Part shown: in pieces, positions 34,801-43,800 of the stretch | Numbering within the stretch: the stretch's first letter is position 1 | How the letters are laid out: the number at the start of each line of letters is the position of its first letter | IMG/VR virus record: IMGVR_UViG_3300044971_004534 | Origin: a virus | Strand: one strand, 5' to 3' | Length of the DNA stretch: 64,000 nt | The notes under the pieces: generated by a model | The model's input: only the letters and a program-made list of their open reading frames with translations | Database searches by the model: none | Told to the model about the DNA's origin: nothing | Translations under genes and position numbers: made by a program

Positions 34801-37800
34801 TTTAAGCGTAATAGTTATACCTCACAAGAAATTGTTGAGTTCTATGCAAAAAGATAAGTTAGATCAGTTTAACGGATCAGTAATTTATCTGGAAGATTTG
34901 TATGGTCAAGGTTTGCAGAACTTATGGCATAGCTCTTTAAACACTATTTCAACCAACAATCCTGACTATGTCACACTTTATAACTTGTTGATAAACAAGA
35001 TAAATGCTGTTGCAGGAAATCCTCCGGTAAAGGTTTCTGTTAATATTGATAATTCTATCAACACTGATAGTGGTAATTATATTCTCAAGCCATTTAGCGT
35101 TTTTGAGGTAAGCGAGTCTCCTGAATCTACTAAGATTGTTGTATGCGTTGCTAATGACAGAAACTGGGCAGATGTTAGAAACAACATAGATGAAAATGGA
35201 ATATATGGACAGATAGAAAGAAATAATGATTTATTGAATATAAGTTCAGCTAATCCTGTCTTCAATACAATATACAGTGGGGATGATTTTTATGTCAATA
35301 ATTCATATCCAGTTTTAGGACAATTTAATTACTATGCTGGAGACCCACCAGCTGGATTTGGAAAAACATTCTCTGTCAGACTTAGCTTTAAAAATAACAT
35401 TTCTCTTTTGAGTGTTACTCAAATATCTTGTAACTACTCAGATAATAATGTTTCTGGAACCAGTCTTTCTTGGTCTAGCGGAGCAAGCGGTCAGTCTGTA
35501 ATTTCAAATCTTATTTCTGATTTTGCATGGTTTGAAATAGAATTTTCATACATTACTCCTAGTTCAAGTTCTTCATCTTCTAGCTCGTCTTCAAGTTCTT
35601 CTTCTATTGATGATGGATGTATTACATGGACAGGACCTGGATGTTTAGACCTAGATGGTGATGGTGTTATAAAAGGATCTGATTTGGCTGCACTGTTTGC
35701 AGCTTATTCAGTATATGATCCTAAAGCAGACTTTAATGGGGATGGTGTTGTAAATAGTTTAGATTTAGGAATTTTGCAAGTAAATTGGGGTAGATGTGTA
35801 ACGTGTCCTAATTGGAATCCAAGTTCTAGCAGTTCTAGTAGTTCCAGCAGTTCTAGTAGTTCCAGCAGTTCTAGTAGTTCCAGCAGTTCCAGTTCCAGCA
35901 GTTCCAGTTCCAGCAGTTCCAGTTCCAGCAGTTCCAGTTCCAGCAGTTCTGAATGCGTTACATGGAACGGACCTGGCTGTCCAGATATGAATGTAGACGG
36001 CAAAGTTGACGGAGTAGACTTGCAAATATGCTTATCCGCTCAGTCTGAATATAATCCCGTTGCAGACTTGGATGGTAATGGAATTGTAAATGGAAATGAT
36101 TTAGGAATATTGATGACCTATTGGGGACAATGTGTAATATGTCCTAATTGGCCTCCAAGTTCGTCTAGTTCTAGCTCCAGTGTATCCAGTTCTAGTTCTT
36201 CTAGTTCAAGCTCCAGTGCATCCAGTTCTAGTTCTTCAAGCTCAAGCTCCAGCTCATCTACAATAGAGTTGTTTAGTATTTTGCAAGCCAGACCTTCAGT
36301 TGGTCCTAAACAGCCATCCTGGTGGTCAACAGCAAGCGTGCATTTCCAATCTTTCAATCCATATGCAACTATTAAGCAAATTTATGAAGCAAATATGGAT
36401 GAATCTGCTCCGGCAATCACAGAGCCATCTTTACTTGAGGTTTACAATGAGCAGTCATCTGGATGTGGGGTGCGTCCATATTACGCAAATAGTCCAACTG
36501 GGTATCCTCCTGGCTATGAGTTTACGTATCGTTCAGATTATGCATGGATGCGCTCTAATGGTAATAGCTTCAAGGAAAGATTTGAAAATGCATTAAATGC
36601 TTGGTTTAACCCAGAACAAAGAGCATTAGTGGCTCATAGATATAGGCCAGATATAGTTATGATAGATTTGCATAATGGTGATGAGCCATTTATCTATAAT
36701 TCTGCAGTCCCAAATGCAAAAACGTCTTTAATGATTGATGATGTTAGTGGTCTTTCTGATTATGATATGGTAAGGCCATTCATAAGAAAATCACACGAAC
36801 TTGGCATGAAATGCACTGCTTATTTCAAGCCGCACTTTGCTTTCCTAAACGAGAGCGTATTCCCTGCTGCACTTACTGCAAACGGGCAAAAAATAAGGGC
36901 AGAAGTTAACTTAACTCAGTCTTGTACTATTCAGAGAAGCATATTCAATGAAAACTTTAAAAACTTCTTGAAAAATTGCATGATTGAAATAGTTACACCT
37001 GAATCCGGTGGTGGACTTGAATGTGATGGAATTTATTGGGATGCAAGTTTGCTAGAAGAGTTATTAGATTTCAGTTCAGACGCAATAGATGTATATGCAA
37101 AATATTTAGGTTATTCTGGATACGACGACCCAGAGTATGTTTTGTGGGCTCAAAGTAACTTCCCATTCCCAAAAACTTCAGGATGGATCGTATCACAAGA
37201 GGATGGCTATATTGGCGGAGGTTCAAGGCCTTCTTACAAGAATGTTTATCCAGATAGTAATTTTGAAGGTTTAGGATATTACAATTTAATTAACAACAAT
37301 GTTGATTTAAATGAAAATCATATTGAGAATTTAAAAACTTTCGTATCAGTAATAAAGAATAGATACTATGAAATTTTAGATGAAATTTCTCAGGCTGTTT
37401 CTGTAGCTAGCAATGGCAATGCAGTTTTCTTCCCGGCAGAATTACCGTCATGGCCGGATCAACCACATGCATCTGTTTCTTCTGAGGTGGCCAGGTACAC
37501 TCATGCAGTAAAAACTGAATTTGCAGTTGAACCAAGAGGCTACAGTGGATTAAGACGAAAGTCAGAGCTTACTCAAGCTGTGTTGTCAAATGAGATATTA
37601 TACTGTGACATACAAAGACCTTCAATGTCTTTGTCTATGACTTTAAATCAAAAATTAGACTTCTTCTCTGGCAATAAGACAGCGATACAGTGGAATCCAC
37701 AGCGAGTGTGGATATCTGATTTACCAATTGGTTCCTCTGGATCTGCAAACACTCTTACCACATTTAATAGTGACCAGTTCTATGTTTATCCAACTGGCTA

Positions 37801-40800
37801 TCCTCTTTTCTTTGAAAGAGGGCTTGGAAGAGAGGATAGTATACATGGTTACTTGCGAGCCGTATATCAGATAATGATTAAAAATGGAAACATATTTGAC
37901 TTTAACACCTGGTACGGCGCAGGATGGGTTGGAGATCAGGATCAGTTTATACAAGATGCGACTTTGATTAATAATGATGGGTACTTCAACAATCCAGACA
38001 TGGGTGTTTCTCCTGGAAATACTTATGCTTTCTGGCGTAAGGCAATATATCACGCTAGAAAGATGAAAGAAGAAATTATTAAAGAAGGTTTAATATTTAA
38101 TATTCGTGAGGCATATTCTTGGGCAGCCATTCATGTTCCAGTACGCGGTCGCATAGGTATAGATGCACCTGTTTCTTGGGGTCAAGATTATGTAATAGGA
38201 CAGAATAAAACTATCAACAGGACTGTTACTACTAATGAAAACAATCAAAATTGGGGTCAATTTTGGTGGCCAATTTTGGGGGCAATGCAGGCATTTGAAG
38301 ATAGATTTATTCCTTATAGTTTGTTGTTGGACGAGCAGCTCTATAATGGTGAGCTAAACGGAATTAGTGTTATAATTATACCTCATCGTGAATGGCTGAC
38401 TGTCACTGATCAAATAAGGTTGCTGCAATTTGAGACTGCTGGCGGCAAAGTCGTGTATATGGATAATGCGTTCTCCGATTCTGGTGGAGGATCTTCTGAT
38501 CCAAGAAGAAAAGGTCGTTGGTATTCTTATGAAGATCAAAATTCTGAGTCTATCAAATTTATAAACTATGTAAAATTAATTGCTGGAGAGCCAACATTCA
38601 GCGGATCTGTTACTAGTTATGAGTATGACGATGGCACTTATCGTCATAAGCAGGCGGGCTGGTTTAAATTATCTGAGCAAGACTCAGACGGCAAGCTGCT
38701 AGTTGGAGTTCATTTATTAAACGACATGTCTTGGATGGATATGCGCAAAAATGCTTCTATGCTAAGTGGTATCGATCCAAGATTCAATCAATTAGACCCA
38801 GTGACTGTTCCAGTTAAGGGATTAATGGATCAAGATTTATTTGGCTGGGGCGAAGATTGGAGAAATTGGTACAACGAAAACTTTGATCCTACTAATCCGC
38901 CACACGCCTCAATATTACCTTATCCTATTCCCAACCCTGATCCATCTGCAAATGTAAAGCAATATTTCTACGATCCACACGCTGAAAACATGTGGGGCAA
39001 GCCATTGATTGGATATGGACAATATTGGTCTGCAAATCTCCGTTTAAATTTGCCATCAGATTTTAGAATTAACAAAGTTTATAAATTCTATGTTGATCAA
39101 GAAAACGATCCAAACGATGCTGGTATTACAAAGAAGGCATTTAACTATAGAGCTGCTGCTGAGTCTACAGTCATGTCGTTAAGTAATATGCCATATCTGC
39201 CTAGACTAAATAGTATAAATACTTCTAATACGGCTAACGTTATAAATTATGGAGCTATAGGCGATGGTGTTTCTGATGATACTCAAGCATTTATCGATGC
39301 AATTGCATCTGGATTTAGCGCAATATATATACCTGCTGGTAAATATAGAATCACTTCTTCTTTAAATATTAGTGATTCAGTTAATATAATTGGAGATATC
39401 GGATCTAGTATATTAATGTCTGACATTCAAGGCGGAAATGCTTTGTTTAATATTGTCCCAGAAGGTTCCGCAGTAACCTATTCTTATGAAGGTCAAATAT
39501 TTAGTGGTCAAAAAGAATTCCAACTTTCTAGCACCATAGGCTTAAGCGTAGGTCAAAAATTAATTTTCAAAATTGGACATGAGTCTGCAAGTTCACTTTC
39601 GTTTGAATATGCCTACGATATAGAAATACAATCTATTAATGGAAATATTATTACATCTGCTAGCGGTGCTCCGTTTGCATCTGATAAATTGATTCATAAA
39701 ATCGACGTGTATGCTATGTCTCCTCATGATTTAGTCATAGAGGGAATAGATATTACTAGTTATGATGAAAATTCTTCTTATTATGCATTTAATTTACTTA
39801 ATTGCATTAATGTTAATTTAAGAAATATTAATATATTTAATTCTTCTTTCCATGGTATAAGGATTAATAAATCTTCAAAAATTAGTATTGAAAGATGTGT
39901 ATTTGACAATATTGGTGCTGGTAGTGGTGCAATGCCAAGTGCAACAGCTATAACAGTCACCTATGCTTATGATCTTAATCTTTACAGGAATTATGTTAAG
40001 AACAGTCTTAGTGGATTATTGAATCTATTTAAATCAAGAAAAATCAATGGATCATATCTGTGGGTAAACAATTGTCAGGATGCATGCTCTTTTGCTTACA
40101 TAAGAGATATATTAGAATTTGAAGTAACTAATGTTTATATAAACAATAAAGACTTAATATTTGTAACAGATTTAGGAGTATCAAGTCCATACAGTACAAG
40201 TAATGTATATCTGCTGCAAAAACCATTTGAATTTAATGTTTCTAATCATAGTGGAATTTTGCGCATAGAAAATAGGGTTTTCAATGGCGTTACGTCTGGA
40301 GTGATTACTATTCCAGTCAATCCTCCAATTGTCTCAAGTTCTTCTGGAAATGAATCTTTAGATGTAATTGCATGGGGTGCTGGTTCTGATCCTTCCAAAT
40401 ATCAAAGAGCAAATAGTTGGAATGATTTATATGTCACTGTTCCTAGAAGCTATGCGCACAAAGACCAGTCATATATACCGTATATTGATAATCCAGAAAA
40501 GGTAGAAATACAAGAGGGCAATACCTTTGTTCTTGATGCTAATGGGAAAATGTATTCTTCTGGAAGCACCAAATTTAACATGAGACCGCTTCCGGCTAGC
40601 ATAACTGATAATACAGTAATAGATTTTTCATCATCTTTATATCAGTTAGGTTTAATTATATCAGATAATGGGACGGGAGACTTGAGTGTTCTTGTACATG
40701 GTAGAAAACAGTATAACTTGTGCAGAACATTAAAGTTTAATAATAACAGCAATGAAATATTTTATGTTAATGCAAATGGAAAAATAGGTAGAGTCAACGT

Positions 40801-43800
40801 ATTTAGTCAGCAAGAAATTGATGGAATAGTTTATGGTCACAACGATGTATGGTCAGATGGAAATCCACTGTATCAAATTTCATGCAACAGTATACAATTT
40901 ACACAAAACGGAAAGCTTGGTATATTTGGAGCTTTGTGGAGTTGGGAATTTGGAGCATATAATATAGCTCAAGTTTATAATTTAGAAACAAAACAAAATG
41001 ATCATATTACTCCAAAATCAGTCCTGCTTTTAAGAAGAGATGATCCTCAAAATGCTTGGATACCAGAGTGGGCATGGTCTAGTCAAGATACAGTACAGGA
41101 CAGAATGCTGTGTCATTCATTGTCTGATAGTAATGATCATATATTCATATTTGGATTATGGTACATCTATAAAATAGATATAGTAACTAAAGAAATAATT
41201 AGTAAGAAAAAAATATGGGACATATTCACTCCAGGTATGTTCTCTGATGATCCATGCCCAATAGGGTATGCAAAATACTTACCACAATCTTCAAAATGGG
41301 TTATCATGCTTCTCGACACTTATAATTATCCAGTGTTGAATGGATATCTTGGAGTAGTTACTGATTCTGACTTTAATGTTTTACATTATATAGAAGATCC
41401 TTCAAATGATGGTCAAGGATCTTTGATGTATCCTAATGTTCATAAGCAAGTAGACATTAGTAGTGATGAAAAAAGATTAGTTATTTCTTCTTATTCTTAC
41501 AGCGGTGAAAAAACTTTTGTCAATTTAATTAATTTAGCTAGTGGGGGAAGTAGTCTGTGGACATTAGAATTAAATTCAGAAACAGAAGACGACTTTGTTG
41601 CAAGATTTGTAAAGTTTACTCAAGATAACAGCTATATTGTAGTTGGACTAGTAAGGAATATAAAAATATTAAACTTGGCAGGAGCTCCTATTGATATTAA
41701 TGATTCAGAAAATTCATATACAAGCTTTGCATCTACAATTGATGATGTTTCTACGGGTGTTTTGAATAACGATATTATAGTTTGCACTCGTTCTACTGGA
41801 GGTTGGTGTATATCTGGATGGGAGTCTGTCGCTGAATTTGCGCCAACTGAAAATCAAATACAAAAATTCACCTTTGACAATGGTGGCGTAAGAAAATTTG
41901 CTTTTTCTCCTGATGGTCTAAGGTGTAGTTATTGGGGATGGTCTAATTATTATAGGGTTTCAAATTCACCAAGACTTGAAGACTTTAGCTTTGTTGATAC
42001 TAATTTTACTATCAAAGATAGATCTAATTTGGCTATAGATATATTTGACTATATAGGCGATGCTGTTCCAGTGTCTATAGCAACCGGTGTAGAAAATGCT
42101 GCTGTTGTGCTTTCTAACGGTTCTTTGTTCTGCTGGGGAACTAATCGTCAAAACGAAACTGATTATCCAGATGTTTCAAATGCAAAAAGTGTTCATTATG
42201 TTTCTGAGCATTGGTCAAACACTCTTTTTGACAGTGAGGGGCGGCCTCTTAGAGGAAGAGGTTACATAGTATTACTTAAAGATGGAACAATAAAACTATG
42301 GGGTAGTTGGGTATTCTTGGAGGGATATGCAGACCTGTTGCAAATAAACGATGCTATAAAAATATCTTGCAGCTCTTGGTATGTCACTGTGTTGCATTCT
42401 AATGGCGTTGCATCTTTGCATGGCAGAACTGACGTTGTGCCTCCAACAGAGCCTTTCCCTGAAAATGAGAGCAATATTATAGACATTGCTTCTACTAGAT
42501 TGGGTGGAATGTTGCTTAAAGCAAGCGGAGACGTAATTACTTGGGGATATGAATCTGTAGATAGTAATCCAGCTTCATGGACATATGGATCTGGATTGAC
42601 TCACAGGCCGAGTGCAGCTATAGGTAAAGTTGCCAAGTTAGGCACCTCTTATTTTGGAGCATATCCTGTTATTAAGCAAGATGGAAGAATCGCATGTTGG
42701 GGCTGGGATAGCTTTAGATTATGCGCTGGAGGTGATGATGCTAATGGAGACGGAATTCCTGATTATGTTTGCAATGGTATAGTTAGAGAAGGTTACAATT
42801 ACAATAACACTCCTCCATTAAGAAGTAGTTTCATAGATATTTCTGCTGGAAGAATGCATACTTCTTTCGTATTAAATGACAAAACTGCTTATTTTACGGA
42901 TTGGTCTTCGGATAAAATTGATAATTATGTTGACTATGGACAATTTGGTCCATTACAGGACTGGTATCCTGCTGCTAATTCATTCGCACAGTCTGATATG
43001 CCATCTCCTTTGAATAAAAATATAAAGAGTGTTTCTAGTGGATTTGGTTACACATATTTTATAAGAGAAGACAATTCTATATTCTCTATTGGAGCAGATC
43101 CTGGCATGGGATTGGTAAATGTTTTATGGGCCTGGCTATTTGAGTGGGATGTTGATTTTGAAATGCCACTTTTTGCTCCCATAACGTTCCAGGCAATAAC
43201 TCCTAGTGATCTCACCCATGCTAAGAAAATAGCTGCCGGAGATTTCCATACAGCAGCAATTACTATGGAAAATACGGTTAGGTGCTGGGGTTATAATAAA
43301 TTTGGTCAATGTGATGTGCCTGCAGAAGCTGTAGACATAGTGGATATTGCAGTTGGAAGGTATCATACCGTTGCTGTTAAGGCAGATGGTTCAGTGATTT
43401 GCTGGGGAAGAGACAATAAGGGGCAATGTGCTGTTCCCTCAAGCATTCCACCAATTAAAAAGGTTGCGGCATGCATGAGTCACAATGTGGCGTTGACAAC
43501 TAGTGGCAACTTGGTTTATTGGGGCAGTGGTGATCATTATGATGCATTAAGTTTATTTAATGGCAATCCGTTCCCCTCTGAGTCTCCTAATCAGCGTGGA
43601 GATTATGCATCCAGTGGAAATTACACTGATGTATCTACAGGAGTTTTCCATACGATAGCTCTTAAGAACGATGGAACAGTTGCAGTGTGGGGTAAGGCAA
43701 ATTATAATACCGGTATTCCAGGTTTTGACAATAATTTTGGTCAATTTGATTATCCAGAGCTTAATGGTAAAAAGGTAGTAAAAATTTCTGCTGGACATTA

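Noticed and set aside
35704-36357. Minus-strand ORFs (35704..36003, 35765..36025, 36118..36357) with striking ELLELELLE / GTGTAGTG repeat translations
   Set aside because: They are the reverse-complement reading of the poly-Ser tandem repeats of the 7798-aa + strand ORF. They have no independent start context and lie fully inside a much longer coding frame.
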